A stretch of 64,000 nt of DNA from Antechinus flavipes. Taxonomy: Eukaryota. The DNA is taken from the NCBI RefSeq assembly GCF_016432865.1, contig NC_067403.1:29574001-29638000 (forward strand), read 5' to 3'. The notes below the pieces were generated by a model that saw only the letters and a program-made list of their open reading frames with translations, searched no databases and had not been told where the DNA came from. This document shows positions 1 through 13,027 of this stretch, one piece after another. A program made the position numbers and the translations under genes. Each line of letters opens with the position of its first letter. Position 1 is the first letter of the stretch.

Positions 1-129
1 AGACAGAGACAGAGAGAGAGGGAGAGAGGAAGGAGAGTAGGTAGATAAAATAATGAACCACGGGAGCTAATGCTTCTTGAAGGTATAATCAGGAGCAGTT
101 GGTGGAGGTGCAAAGAGGCTAAATTGAGT

Positions 130-900
130 TGGTCAGGAAAACTTTCGTGACCCAAAGAGGACTCTCCCGCCCCTTTTTTAAACAGCCCCGAGCCTGGGCG
201 GATGTAGATCCCTCCTATGGGGTGGGGAGGAAGATGGTAGGAGAGGAGGCTGGCAGGAGAGGAGGGGTCAAAACTTATGGGAGCTCGAAGCTGCTCCCGA
301 GCCCGCCGCTCGCCTCAGCTTTAGGGTGGGGGGCTTCCAGGGTTCAGGAAGTGGAGGGGAAAGCTCCAGGGGATGTGGCGGTCCTTGGTCCTTGGCTGGG
401 GACAGTACAGACTAGGGAAAGGCAAAAATGGCCCCCGCGGATCTTCGGGACCTTGGAGAGCGTAGCACTCACGTGCTGGAGGGAGACGACTCCTCCAGGA
501 AGGCGGCTGGGGCTCGGATCTCGGCTCATTCGCATCTTTCAGTTCCTTCCTCCCACCCCTGGGCTCCCAACCCCCTCGCTGAATGCCACTAGTAAATGTG
601 CCAAGGGTGAGCTCCTTTCCCGGGTGGTTGGTTACCCCACCCAAAAACGTGCCCTCCGTGTCTTTAGCTTCCCCCAAGCCGCGTATTCTTGTAGACAAAT
701 GGGAGAAGTAGAGAGTTAAACACAAAAGCCGGACACCACTGAACTGCACAGCCACCGAGGGAGGGTTGGGCGAATGGCCTCGCTTGGCTGCGGTCTGTCC
801 TGCAGAGATGAAGATCTGGGAGATGTGCCGGACAGGTAGGATTCTTAAGTTAGGGTGCGACGCCTTGCCAAGCACCTCCAAATCCTATCGGGAAGAATTG
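130..900. promoter_or_regulatory. GC/CpG-enriched patch with no recognisable gene
   Basis: About 30 CpGs in ~0.8 kb; ORFs there are low-complexity and unrecognisable. Confidence 0.45.
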
Positions 901-1009
901 TTGAGAGATGAAAGTCCTTCTCTTTCAGGAAAATGGCAAGCCTCGGGGCTAAGCTCTGGAGTGAGGGATGGCCACATAATGGATCTACCCATCTACCCAA
1001 CATCTTTGA

Positions 1010-1245
1010 CGTTGTTGCATCGTGACTTGTCTCTTTACAATCCCATTTGGGGATTTTTGGGGCAAAGATACTGGAGTGATTTGCCCGTTTTCTTCTCCAG
1101 ATTATTTTACAAATGAGGAAACTGAGGCTGGCTGAAGTCAAGTGAGTTGATCACGATCATTCGGGTAGTAAGTACTTGAGACTGGATGTGAACTAGGTCT
1201 TCCTGACTCCAAGCTTGTAGCTCTATCTACTTTGCCATCTAACTG
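1010..1245 (-). mobile_element. Mar1-type CORE-SINE
   Basis: MIR core (ttttacaaatgaggaaactgaggc) plus RTE-like tail (cccatttgggg...ggcaaagatactggagtg). Confidence 0.85.
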
Positions 1246-1439
1246 TCCTGAGGATTTCTACTCTCTGTAAAAGAGAACAGGTGGTAGAGGTGATAGCTGC
1301 CTGTATATGAGTGAAGTCAGTAGATTGGGAATATGTCTTGAGAGGAGTCCACTTGAGCAGACCGTTCTAACATAGATGCTATGTGGGGAGGGGACCTAAG
1401 TAATCACTATACAAAGAAAGAAAGGACACAGGACCTCAA

Positions 1440-1955
1440 GGACCTGCACAGAAACCCAGCAAGGTGCAAGATAACCTTGGGGTTTACAAGCAAGTACTAT
1501 GCCTCAAACCCAAATCGCTCTGGCTTTTATTGGCCAACAATAGTCCCAGCCCAAGCCTCACTTCATCATTTCTTGGGCTCTGTTTGGTTCAAGAGGAATT
1601 CAAATAACAATTATTTCTATTCTGGTTTGATACCCTGAGCATCTTCCCCTCCTGGATTGATTTTTTAAAAAACTAGGTAAAAGAGGCCATTATTTGCCTC
1701 ATTTGTTATCTAACCTAAATCACCGAATGGGTGTTGCCTCAGTCAAAATGGGACCCATTGAAAACCTTCCTCTGCATCCAGAGCCGTCTCCAGTCATCCT
1801 GAGCTACATCTGGCCACTGGACTTAGATGGTTTTGGAGGAGAAAATGAAACTGACGATTTTGCACAGCCCTCCCTCACTCTAATCCAATTTGCTTACATG
1901 TGATGGTACCATCTCCTTGTCTTGGCCCTCTTCCAGAAAGATGGACAAACAACAG
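1440..1955 (+). mobile_element. RTE-related SINE (RTESINE-like)
   Basis: RTE-type 3' end (tttgcacagccctccctcact...ggacaaacaacag); homologous in-window to reverse copies at ~44300-44620 and ~53950-54410. Confidence 0.75.
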
Positions 1956-2344
1956 CCCACTGTAAGGATGAGGGTACTCTTTCATGGACGATTGTTATTA
2001 GTGGGAATCTGCATTCCAGGTTCATGGATAGGAAAGTTTTGTTATTCCCATCTGTACTATTTAATTAGACAAAGAAACTATTTGTTAAAAATAATTGAGT
2101 TTATTGGCAGATTGTTATTGGGAAATATTATCTGGGTTTGTGAGTACTACCTTCCCTAGAACTTGTGAGAGTAGAAGCTACCCACTGGGGGGTCTCTAGC
2201 CCAAATGGGGTACAGTTATTTGTCTAAACAATCTGATTAATGTCTTTCTGAAGCAAAAAAAAGTTTTTAAAAATAAATTATTGATACTATCTTAAAACAA
2301 ATATGCCATTTCAGTTTGAGACCATGTTGCTGAAAGCTTGAGAA

Positions 2345-2493
2345 NNNNNNNNNNNNNNNNNNNNNNNNNNNNNNNNNNNNNNNNNNNNNNNNNNNNNNNN
2401 NNNNNNNNNNNNNNNNNNNNNNNNNNNNNNNNNNNNNNNNNNNNNNNNNNNNNNNNNNNNNNNNNNNNNNNNNNNNNNNNNNNNNNNNNNNNN
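2345..2493. other. Assembly gap (149 N)
   Basis: N run. Confidence 0.99.
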
Positions 2494-4142
2494 GATGGAG
2501 ACTGGAAGGTAGGAGGGGAAATGTGGAGGGTTATAATAGTGAAATGAAAAGCCAGAGAAAAAAGACAGCATGAAGCAAAAAATCACACAGAAGGCAGATT
2601 GAGATTGCTCATGCTGTCTATAGCTGCTATTACAGTCTGTCAATTCATGTATATTCATACGTTCATAGTTTACATAAACCATTCAGTTCTTTCATTTTTG
2701 GAGAAAGTGGGATTGGGAAAAATCTTTTTTTTTTTTGAGTCATTAACAACCTGTCAGACATAATTTAGTGAATTGGGTCCTAAAGTTATAGCAAGAATAG
2801 CCTTTGTGTGGCATCTCTATCAATGAGTTTCCTTCAAATTAAAATTTAAATGGTTAACATTGGCATATCATGAATTACCAGCAGATGGCTCCCTAAAACT
2901 AATTTAGAAAAGAACAGTTGACTACAATTATAGAAATCTTTTGACTTGTTTCTTTTTTTTTCTTTTAGAAATCTAAATACAAATTTAGCTTTTATTATTA
3001 CAAGTTAACGAACAAAATTCCAACATTTAATTAACTTATAATAACAAGCAAAATCTCAATCTTCAATTAACTTGTTGATAATTCATAATTAATTTCTCAT
3101 GAGTTAAGTGGAAAGGAGGTTCCCCCTCCCCCCAAAATCTAATATTTCTTTTCTCTTTATTTTTGCTGAAGCTTTTAAATTTTGGCAGGTTATAAACTTT
3201 GTAGATAAGGTATCTTTGGTGTAGAAATGGTTTCTTCAATAATAGATTTAGCCAGAGAGTCAGAGATAGCTGTGCTGTTTCTGGAAACTCTTGCATGAGA
3301 GCAGGGGAAAAGGTTCTTGCCAATCAGGCATTGGATCTAGGGCTTACAGATAAGTAAAAGGCCCATCGCCTCTCTCTCCATAAAAAACAAACAAACAAAC
3401 AAACAAGGCTGGAATTACTAACAGTCCCAAAAATCACTGAATTTTGTGAGTTGGGAGTTCAGAGGCCATTCTAATCACCCATACCTGAATAAAAGAATTT
3501 CTTAGGAATTATCTTCAGCAAGTTGCTTGGAAACCTCTAAAGAAGAAGAACCCATAGTTCTCTTCAAATGGTTCCCATTCCATTTTTTGAATACCTCTAA
3601 TCATTAGGCTTTTTTTTCCTCAATCCTTTATTCAAAAGTCTATATTTAGTCATGCATGCATTGAGTGATGACATCCAAACCACAGATAAGACAAAATATT
3701 TAACTCTTCCAACTCTTTTCTTGATCAGTGCCAAAATAATTTAGCTGATGATTCACTAAGAACTAAGACCATCTTTGTTAATAAGTATTGCAAATGAAAA
3801 AATCATTTTGTGTTCTATCATTTCTACTTTATGTTTAAAAACTGCAGTTCTTTTTCACTAATTCATAGTCAACTACTATTATAAGATTACCTAGGTAGAA
3901 TACTAGAATATGAACAAGAGACTATTTTTTTTCATAATTATATCTACATCCAATAAATTAGGCAGTGTACTCACTACAAAAATAGATATAAAACATTGTT
4001 GAAACATGCAACAGAGTTGGAATGATCTAATTAGTTTATTGTTAAGTGTTTTCTTCGATATCTCATATAAGTGTTTAAAAGGTATTGGATCTTAAAAATA
4101 AAAATGGAAGCAAATTGCTTATTGATTATTTGTATCTAGAAC

Positions 4143-4305
4143 CCTATGTGTTTCTTATTTATTTATTTGATCCTATGTATTTCTTTTCTTTTCTTATTTG
4201 ATCTTATGTTTCTTTTCTTATTTATTTTATTTTGTGTTTCTTTTCTTTTTTCTTTTTTATGTTTCTTTTCTTTTATTTACTTAATTTGATCTTATGTGTT
4301 TCTAT
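4143..4305. repeat. Degenerate T-rich tandem repeat (tttgatcttatgt..tttcttttctt unit)
   Basis: Recurring TTTGATC(C/T)TATGT motif in low-complexity sequence. Confidence 0.7.
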
Positions 4306-5384
4306 GCAAATTAAACACATTTTTTCTTCTAAAAAGTGGTTACTAAAAATAGAATGATGAAAAAGTTCATAATCAGATTTTCCTTTCCTACTTGTTTATT
4401 GTTATTATTATGAGTAGTTTATTTATAATAATAAGCTCGTTACCCAAGTCCATAAACCAATGTACTCTGAGCATGTTTATACCTAAATAACTGGAGTTGG
4501 TTACTTACTTAAAGAGGTCTATGCTATCCTTATATTATATTTTTATTTGAGAAATGATATTTTTTCCCCTTTGGGCCAAAAATTAAAATAAATTTCTTGA
4601 TATGAATCAAGACTTCTAGAAATATCTTGAAATATTATATCAGGACAATTCTAGCAAGCAAGTCTGTACATAGAAAGTAAAGATTTGACATTTGTCCGTT
4701 TGATTTGATTATAATTTAAAGTGAATCTTGATAATTCCAGACAAAAAAATTACCATGGAGTTTGAATTGTACAAATGGACATTTAATACGGATCAGATTA
4801 ATGCATTAAGACTTCTTAACTTTACTAAAACATGTATAGACACAGCCACAGGGAAATAATATGACTTAATACTATTAATTATCTGCTTATGCTTTGTATA
4901 GTAGTGATACTACTTAATTTCTAAATAATTTTACAGATGGGAACAATGAACACAAATTTAGGCTTCTCTTTCTAGCTCCTTGGTAACTCATAATACCTTT
5001 TAGGGGAATAGGATCTTATATCTTGTTTTTTATTTGTTTTTCGTATAGTATTGGTGATAGACTGTTGTCTGAGGACTAGCCTAGCTAACATTGGAAACGG
5101 TCATGATTAGACTGGCTATAGCCAGATGATGGCATTTTTGTCAATAACTTGTTTTAAAGCAGAGAGGACGCACACCAATAGAATAAGACATCTTTGATAC
5201 ATGAAAACATTTGCTTTCCATGTAAATGAATCCTTTAATATGTTAGGGTAGCTGGGCGTTTTATTTAAAATATATAATCAAAGGGCAGAAAAATCACTTT
5301 TTACCTATTTAAACAAATTAAATTTAAATTTATAGAACTTTTCATTGAAGAATGTCTAAATGCCTTAAAAGACATGCTAGAATG

Positions 5385-5730
5385 GCAAATGGCGTCAGTC
5401 CTAATTTAAATTTTGATTTACGTTCAGTCTCCTTATTTCTTTTTCTGGATGCAGATGGCATTTTCTGTCCAAAGTCTATTGGGATTGCTTTGGATCATTG
5501 AACCACTGAGAAGAACCAAGTCTTTCATAGTTGATCATCACACTTTTTTGCTGTTATTGTGTACAATTTTTTCCTGGTTCTGCTTGTTTCACTCAGTATC
5601 AGTTCTTGTAAATCTTTCCAGGCCTTTCTAAATCAGTTTATTTATCATTTTTTATAGAACAATAATATTCCATTACTTTCATATACCACAACTTGTTCAG
5701 CCATTCTCCATTTGATGGGCATCTACTTAT
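5385..5730 (-). mobile_element. L1 3' fragment
   Basis: ctggatgcagatggcattttc...gttgatcatcac...ttgttcagccattc, shared with the many L1 3' ends in the window. Confidence 0.85.
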
Positions 5731-5747
5731 TTTCAGATAATGTTAGA

Positions 5748-5761
5748 GTGTGTGTGTGTGT

Positions 5762-5795
<34 letters not shown>
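5748..5795. repeat. (TG)n microsatellite
   Basis: Direct reading. Confidence 0.98.
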
Positions 5796-5797
<2 letters not shown>

Positions 5798-6229
5798 AAA
5801 TCAATATGTGGCTTGCAGGGATCCTTAAAATGGTTTAGTAGACTCTGTTTCTATTTCAACTTAGTGGCTTTCTTTTTAAAATAATGTTGGTGTTGAGTAC
5901 TAACAATAAAGTTCTAGGGTTAGTACTTGTGATAACAGAAAAAGTGTAACTACTCAATTACTGCTTTGTCTGTTTTCCCACCAAGAACCATAATATTTAG
6001 ACAGAAAAGTACAGAACAAATAGGGTTCATAGGGAATTGAAACTGAAGTGAGGGCATGATAGAAAAATCATCTACTTTTCATCAATTAGTCAGTTGTTTT
6101 GGTCCAGAACAGACCAAGGACATTCCAAAGCACTGAAATAATTAGTGTATGTGATTGCTTGTCTGTTATTGATAAACATGAAAAAGTTATTGGAGAAAAG
6201 AATTATTGTGCTGCATGATAAATGTGGAA

Positions 6230-6514
6230 NNNNNNNNNNNNNNNNNNNNNNNNNNNNNNNNNNNNNNNNNNNNNNNNNNNNNNNNNNNNNNNNNNNNNNN
6301 NNNNNNNNNNNNNNNNNNNNNNNNNNNNNNNNNNNNNNNNNNNNNNNNNNNNNNNNNNNNNNNNNNNNNNNNNNNNNNNNNNNNNNNNNNNNNNNNNNNN
6401 NNNNNNNNNNNNNNNNNNNNNNNNNNNNNNNNNNNNNNNNNNNNNNNNNNNNNNNNNNNNNNNNNNNNNNNNNNNNNNNNNNNNNNNNNNNNNNNNNNNN
6501 NNNNNNNNNNNNNN
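6230..6514. other. Assembly gap (285 N)
   Basis: N run. Confidence 0.99.
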
Positions 6515-6714
6515 TTGGGAAGGGGGTGATTGATTTAGTTGAAAAGTATGGGCCTTTAGTTTTTGAATGGAATGGGATAAACTCCTACCCTACACAGGCA
6601 AACCATAAACGTTATAACAAAAAAATGCAACTCAAAAAATTTATTTTGTGAGTTTATATTCAACTCACTTGTAAAAAGCTTTCAAATCTTGTCATCTAAT
6701 ACTTTAGGGAAAAA

Positions 6715-6965
6715 AGCAGCATTTATTAAGTGCCTATAAGGTGCCTATCTAAGCCAGGCACTGTGCTAAGTACTTTACAAATAGCTCTTTTGATCCCTCA
6801 CCACACTTGGAGGTAGGTGCTATTATTATTATTCCCATTTCACAGGTGGAGACTAAGCAAACAGAGGGTCACACACCTATTAAGTGTATGAGGCCAGATT
6901 TCAATCAACTAAGGTTGTCCTGATGTCAGGTCCAGTGTTCTATCCACTTTGTCACCAAGATGCCC
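6715..6965 (-). mobile_element. MIR/Ther-type CORE-SINE
   Basis: agcatttattaagtgcct...caggcactgtgctaag...cccatttcacag...ctatccact. Confidence 0.8.
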
Positions 6966-8268
6966 ATTAACTCTCCTTCCTCTGCCTTCTTGTCATCTGA
7001 AAACTTGACATTCAAATTATCTAAGTCATTGATTAAACTGTTTAAGAAACAGTCCTAAGCAATCTCTTTGGCCTTCTGTACTAAGCACTGTGGAAAAACA
7101 AATATGTCTGGCCCTCAAGGAGCTTACATTCTATTAGGCAGATAAAAAAATATGCATAGATAAATACAAAATATAATATATAAGGTAAATTAAACTACAA
7201 CTGGAAGGACCATGAAAATAGGTCATTCCTGAGAGGAACCTTGAAAAAAGCTGTACATTCCAAGAGGCAGAGGTATCACTAGACCTTCCATTATCTAGAT
7301 GGCTTCAGACCTAACTATATTTTTTTATTGCCACCATTTTCCAAACTGACACTGTGGTGTCAGTTGTTTCACCACTCATATTTAGAGGACAAGATAATAG
7401 ATAATTAAACAAAGCAGACTAGAAATGGTCAGACAGGCAGGAGAACTAGAACTTAGCAGAGTTGGGAAAAGCCAGGAAAGACCAAGTATGTAAAAGATGT
7501 GTCAAATTCTAGAGATAAGACAGAAAGAATGAGGACTGAGTTTAAAAGCCCTTGACTGGAGCAATTAAGAAATCCTTGGAGTAGCTTTTTTTTTTCCCCC
7601 CAAGGGTGGGGATGAACTGCCCCAATTCTCATGCTTCCATGCATCTCTAGAAGGATAGTCAAACCATAATAATATTGTGGTTTTTTTTTTTCACCTGGAA
7701 ATTAAAAAGAAAAGATGTAGACTGGACCTGGGATTTCATTGATCAGAGGGAACTCTCACTCTAAAAGCTGCATTACATTCTCTGCAAATTAGAATTTTAG
7801 ATACGAACATCCACTAATGCACTCTGGGATATATTTAGCCAAAACAATTGCATTTACTGTGACTACTGAGGTACTTAATCTTATCTTTTGTTTCACTTTT
7901 TATTTAGTTAGTACATACAAAATCCAGTTGCATAAGAGTGTAAAGTGAGTATTCTGTACAGAACAATACTGTCTCCATAACATTATAGAGTAGATTGCTA
8001 AACAAAACATGAAACTTAATTCCAGTTTATTTGAATGGAACTTGAAAAGCTAGGAAAATATATTTTGTCTTCCTACTGTAAATAAAGTTATGAACAAATC
8101 TAAAAAATATTAAAATCATAGATGAGGAAAATCATGATTTTTATAATTATCGATATGATATGTTTAATGAATATACTTATAATTTAGATCTCTCAGAGCT
8201 GCAAATTCTTGTTTGGGAGTCAGAAACTCACAATACAGCTTGAAATTATCAATCATTCTGATAATATC

Positions 8269-8777
8269 TGTTATGAGCCAGAACTTGAAACAAGGTGTTA
8301 AGTAAGTGGGATTGAGGAGAGAGTGGTTAAATCGAGTTTAGCATTGATTTAATCCTATAACAAATAATGGTTTGCTAGTGATATAATGATTGGTTTGTAG
8401 TCAGTGTGGAGCATATAAGCTAGAAGCTCTCAGGGCCAGAAGAGACAAGCGCACTAGAAACTCTTGGAGGCTGAGACAGATTTATTCTATCGTCCTCCTC
8501 AGTGGTGGCTGGAGGCTGAAGCACAGGATTCAGGAAATTCAGAAGCCAGAGAAGGCAGGTGGGAGCTCAAGCTCTCGGAACCAAGGAGAGAGATAGGTCT
8601 CTAAAAAAGCTAACCGGGCCCCAGGAAAAGAGACAAGAGTTTGAAAGAGAAAATAAAGGATTTGCACTTTAACCCCTGGCTACTCGTGTGGAGATTACTG
8701 AACTGAAACAAAAGCTGCCTCCAGAGACCCCAAGAAAACTTCAACAGAGAACATTACATTTTGGAGAGAGCATTACA
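8269..8777 (+). mobile_element. ERV solo LTR (509 bp), 6-bp TSD, class II-like
   Basis: TG...CA termini; AATATC on both sides (8263-8268 and 8778-8783); TATAA at 8414; AATAAA at 8652; shares blocks with the LTR at 19468-20333. Confidence 0.9.
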
Positions 8778-8783
8778 AATATC

Positions 8784-9162
8784 TATATTCTTGTATTGTA
8801 CTGTATCTGTGTATACAATAAGTGAAGTGAATCAAGAATTACAGAAAACTTGCCCATCACAGAACTCTGCTTCTGTTCCCTGGGGAGAGGATGGTCATGA
8901 TCCTTAAGATCTGAAACAATCCGAGAATTGTTGTCCATTCCTATGCTTGTCAGGGGAAATCAAAACCTGAAAATGATTGCATTATAATCCACCCTCCCTC
9001 CCTTTCCCACTTAGGATTTGTGTATAAAATTTCTACCTTTCTGTAACAGGTGAAGATCTCCTGCACAGGAGAAATCCCAGTTTGCAAATTTGCAAAAATC
9101 ATTTTAAAAGTGATTAATTAAACTGTTACTCAGCCTCAGTCTCCCTAATAGTTGGGATGACA
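8784..9162 (+). mobile_element. Probable older LTR fragment, possibly the host split by the 8269-8777 LTR
   Basis: TATA-like tgtataaaa (~9022), ATTAAA-like signal (~9117), ends ...gatgaCA; no TSD found. Confidence 0.35.
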
Positions 9163-9844
9163 AGTGTTTACTACCTCCTACATCTTCCCAAGCCTCTTTC
9201 TTTTAAAACAAATAATATATTTTCTTTGTGATTGACTATATCTTCACAAATTTTAGTTCTAACTTGAAAAAGTATATTTTAGATAAAGTCTTAGTAGTTA
9301 AGACAAAAGGTGTTATTTTTAAAACTAATTTTCCCACATTATTTCTACATTTTTTTCTATGTTTTTGGTATATGATCTTGCACATTTTCATGGCTGCACA
9401 GATGAGATTGAAGAGAAATTAAGGAGAACCTATAAAATCAGTTAAGTATTACAAGCAGTATGAAAATCAGTTTAATAGACTCTTGATGATTCCTGCCACT
9501 CAAGTTCATCTATCTGGAGGTCATCAAAAATTGATAAAACTGATACATGGTAAGAGAAAAGAAAGTAATTTTGAATATTTGAATAGGTAACTTGAGATTT
9601 ATAAATTGGAAGTCATTAACTTCCACATTCAATTTACAAAATGTTCCATTGTAAATTGTAAATATTCATTTGTTTTGGTTTTCAAAAGTCGTTCACTGAG
9701 GCATCTATATCAGTATCAACTTTCTTTAATGGTATTAAGAAACCCAGATTTGGATCAAGAGCTTTTCTATACAGACACATGGACACACACATACACGCAC
9801 ACACACATATGTTTGTCTATATATATATAGACACACACATATAT

Positions 9845-10530
9845 ATAACTTTTAAATTTAATTTTTTACTTTCTCCCAATTACATGTAAGAACAATTTTT
9901 ACATACATTAAAAAATTTAGAATTCCAAATTATCTTTCTACTTCCCTTCTCTTCTCCTTCCTTATTGAGAAGGTAAATGATTTGATATAGGTTATATATG
10001 TGCCGTCATGCAAAACATATTTCCATATAAGCTTGTAAAAGAAAATCAAAAGATCAGAAGAAACAAAGAAAAATACAGTTTTAAAAGATATACTTCAGTC
10101 TTAGACTCCATCAATTCTTTCTCTGGAGATGCATAGCATTTTTCATCATTAGTCCTTCAGAGTTGTCTTGGATCATTTTATAGCTTAGTCATTCACAGCT
10201 TATCATCATACAATATTGTAACTGTGTATACTGTTTTGCTTGTTCTGCTTCACTGCATCAGTTCTTGTCTTTCCAGGTTTTTCTGAGAGCATGATGTTAA
10301 TCCTTTCTTATGATAACACAATAGTATTCCATCACAATCATGTACCATATCTTGTTCAGCCAAGGGCAGAGCCTTAATTTCCAATTCTTTGCTACCCTTA
10401 AAGGACCTGTTACAAAAATGTGTGTATGTGTGTGCTTTTCCTTTTTTGTTTTTTTTAAACCCTTTGAGATACAGACCTAGTAGTGATATTGCTGGATCAG
10501 AGGGTATGCACAATTTTATAGCTCTTTGGG
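9845..10530 (-). mobile_element. L1 3' fragment
   Basis: L1 3'-UTR plus ORF2 C-terminal remnant (...CIPSDPAISLLGLYLK). Confidence 0.85.
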
Positions 10531-10814
10531 TATAGTAAAAGCTCTCCAATATTAAAAGATATACATAGAACATGTGTAATTCTTTTAAATGCCCATGTAT
10601 TGAGAAAACATCTGGTTTGTGACATTCTGGGAGAATATAAGTTCCTTGAGGTGGGGGAGTAGTTTCATTTTCCCTTGAACTTCCTAAAAAAGAGATTTCC
10701 TGGAGGACAAGAACTAATTTTTAGTACCATAAATCTTCATGCCTTAGACATCTGTGGTAATGTGAATCAATCAAGCATTTATTAATCTCCTTTTATATTC
10801 CAGATAACAAATTT

Positions 10815-11055
10815 GCTGTTATTCAGTCCCGTACAACTCTTTGTAACTCCATTTGGGATTTTTTGACCAAGATGCTGGAGTGGCTTGTCCTTTTCTTCTC
10901 CAGCTCATTTACACTGAGGAAACTGGGGCAAACAGGCTTCAGTGACTTGCCCAGAGTCACACAGCTGGTAAGTGCCGGAGGCCAGATTTGAACTCAGGTA
11001 GATGTCTTTCAGAATCCGGACCCAACACTATGCCCTGCATCACCCAGCTGCCCCA
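10815..11055 (-). mobile_element. Mar1-type CORE-SINE
   Basis: ccatttggga...ctggagtgg...gaggaaactgggg...cagatttgaactcagg...cagctgcccc. Confidence 0.85.
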
Positions 11056-11469
11056 GATAATGAATTAGGACCTGGAAATACCAATATAGCTTTGTACTGC
11101 AGCCTTGCAAGGGGTGAATTGCAATGGGGAAGAGATGAAGTGAGAGATACAACCAACTAAGAGGATGTGATATAGGTGAGAGGTGATAAAGACCTTATCT
11201 AATGGTGAGTTTCCGATTTAAGATTGTTATAGAGGAAGCAAAGGACTAGGTCCTTAGGGAAATCGGGAAGGGTTCTTAAATGTGTAGGGTTTGGAATACT
11301 TGTTTAATATTCCTTTGGAAGGAAAAACAGCGACAAATAGAATTTTTTTCATGATTTGTGTTCCTTTTTCTTCCTTTCTCCCTTCCTTTTCGTCTTTCCT
11401 CCTTTGGAAAAACTTCTATAAACGGATGCTGAGTGTCCTAAGTAGAACCAGAACATTATTATAAATGTG

Positions 11470-11800
11470 ATGTATGATGCTCAGCTGTGAATGACTAAGC
11501 TGTTCTGAGCAGTACAATGATCCGAGACAATTCCAATAGAATTGCCGAGGAAAATGCTACCCACATCTAGAGAAAGAACAATGGAGTCTGAATGCAGATT
11601 AAAGCTACAATTTTCACCTTCTTTTCCTTTCTTGTGGCTTTTCCCTTTTGTTTTGAGACTTAACATGATTTTACATATGTAATCCTTATCAGATTGCGTG
11701 CTCTCTGAGGAGGGGCCAGGAGAAAAAAAAAAGGAACTCAAAATCATACAAAAATAAATGTTGTAACTGGAAAAAATAAAATAATGTTAAGTGAAAAACA
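11470..11800 (+). mobile_element. L1 3'-UTR fragment
   Basis: caattccaataga...cacatctagagaaaga...aaataaaataa tail. Confidence 0.75.
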
Positions 11801-12636
11801 GTCAGTGCTCCTTGATTTAAGTATTCCCCACGCCTTACAGTGCACTAGCTTTTTGAAGATTCGGTCCAGCCCTACTGCGGGTTTACAGACTCGAAGCGAG
11901 TAGAACCCAAGCTGGAGGCTGGACGAGGGGCGCACGTGTTTGCTTGTTTATTGGGAAAAGGGAGGTCGGAGGTCACCGCGCAGGTGGCTGCTAACATCAG
12001 AAGGTATCCCCCAAAGGTCAGGGGGCGGGAAAAGGAAAATGGGGATAGGGAAAGGAAGAGAAAGGGAGAATTCGGGAGAAGGGGCCGAGGCGCCGCGAGG
12101 CAGAGCAAGAAGAGGGCGTAAAACCTCGAGCACCCCGGGACGCTTCGGCGCGGGCGGAGCCCAGTTACTATGGAGATCCCGGCGCCAGACGGGACGATTT
12201 TCCTGCAGAAGGGGTGAACGGCCTCTTTGAGGCTCTCTCTTCTTCGCCGGATCCCCTCCTCCTTCCGTCTCCTTCAGCCTCCCCCCACTCAGATAAATTG
12301 TGATATAGGACTTGTCTCTCAAGTTTGGGGGTTCGCCCGGCAGAGGGCCCCCGCAGGTGAAAGCTCGGGGGAATTCCCCCCATTTAAAGCGGCGCGGTGG
12401 CGCCATCTATATTTGAATGAAACGGCCCCCGGGCCCCGCCCGCCCCCTCAGAGGGGCAGGGGAGGGAGGAGCGTGGAGCCGCGTGCAGCGCGGAGGGGAG
12501 GGCTCGCGGCCCCGCCTCTTACGCGTCCCGCGGCCACTGTGACCGCGATTCCCGTGTTGTAGCTAGTGTCCGGCCCCGTCCCCTAGTGCGGCATCCACCT
12601 CCTGGCTAGGGAAGCGTCATCACCCGCCAGCTTCGG

Positions 12637-12959
12637 GTAAGGGCGGCCCAGGTCCCGGGACGTTCGCCGCGGGCCGTTCTGGGGGCGTTCGCCTCCACAG
12701 CCCTCGGGGCGAGGGGCTGGGGGCGGGGAGACCCTCTCCTTCTGGTAGTCTTCGCGGCGAAGGGGGTGGAGCGGGAGGGAAGGACTTGCCCCGCCCCCTC
12801 GTCCTTCCGCCCCCCTCCCCCCCAAGTGTGCCTGTCTTCCAAGGGTCCCCTTCCCCCCCTTCAGGTGTTCTCCCCGTTCCCGCGAGGCTCCGCCCCTGCC
12901 GAGCTCCGCCCACGCGGCCCCGAGGGCGTTTCAGCCCCACGAGCTCCTTATCCCCTCAG
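12637..12959 (+). other. Putative 5'-UTR intron of NSUN7 (donor 12637; acceptor ending 12864 or 12959)
   Basis: CGG|gtaagg donor; pyrimidine-tract acceptors ttccccccct-tcag| (12864) and ctccttatcccctcag| (12959). Human NSUN7 is recalled to have a non-coding first exon. No transcript evidence available. Confidence 0.5.
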
Positions 12960-12964
12960 AAACC

Positions 12965-13027
12965 ATGATTCGGAAACGAAGATCGCCGCCGCTGGCCGCG
13001 GAGCCCGCTAAGCCCGCGGACTCATGA
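12965..13027 (+). CDS. Upstream ORF, 20 aa (MIRKRRSPPLAAEPAKPADS*), stop overlapping the NSUN7 ATG
   Basis: accATGa context; open for 20 codons; TGA at 13025-13027 overlaps ATG at 13024-13026. Translation is not demonstrated. Confidence 0.6.
   Translation: MIRKRRSPPLAAEPAKPADS

Noticed and set aside
129-881. Overlapping 196-aa (+) and 186-aa (-) ORFs
   Set aside because: No recognisable domain; composition is typical of chance ORFs in GC-rich DNA.
6145-6651. ORFs of 103-168 aa here and at 2311-2682
   Set aside because: Artefacts of translating through N-gaps.
11975-12412. CTCF/YY1-like motifs (cgcgcaggtggctg at ~11977; ggcgccatct at ~12399)
   Set aside because: Only partial matches, common by chance in CpG islands.
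11936-13011. Many 60-150 aa ORFs on both strands in the CpG island
   Set aside because: Expected from stop-codon scarcity in GC-rich sequence; Arg/Pro/Gly-rich and unrecognisable.
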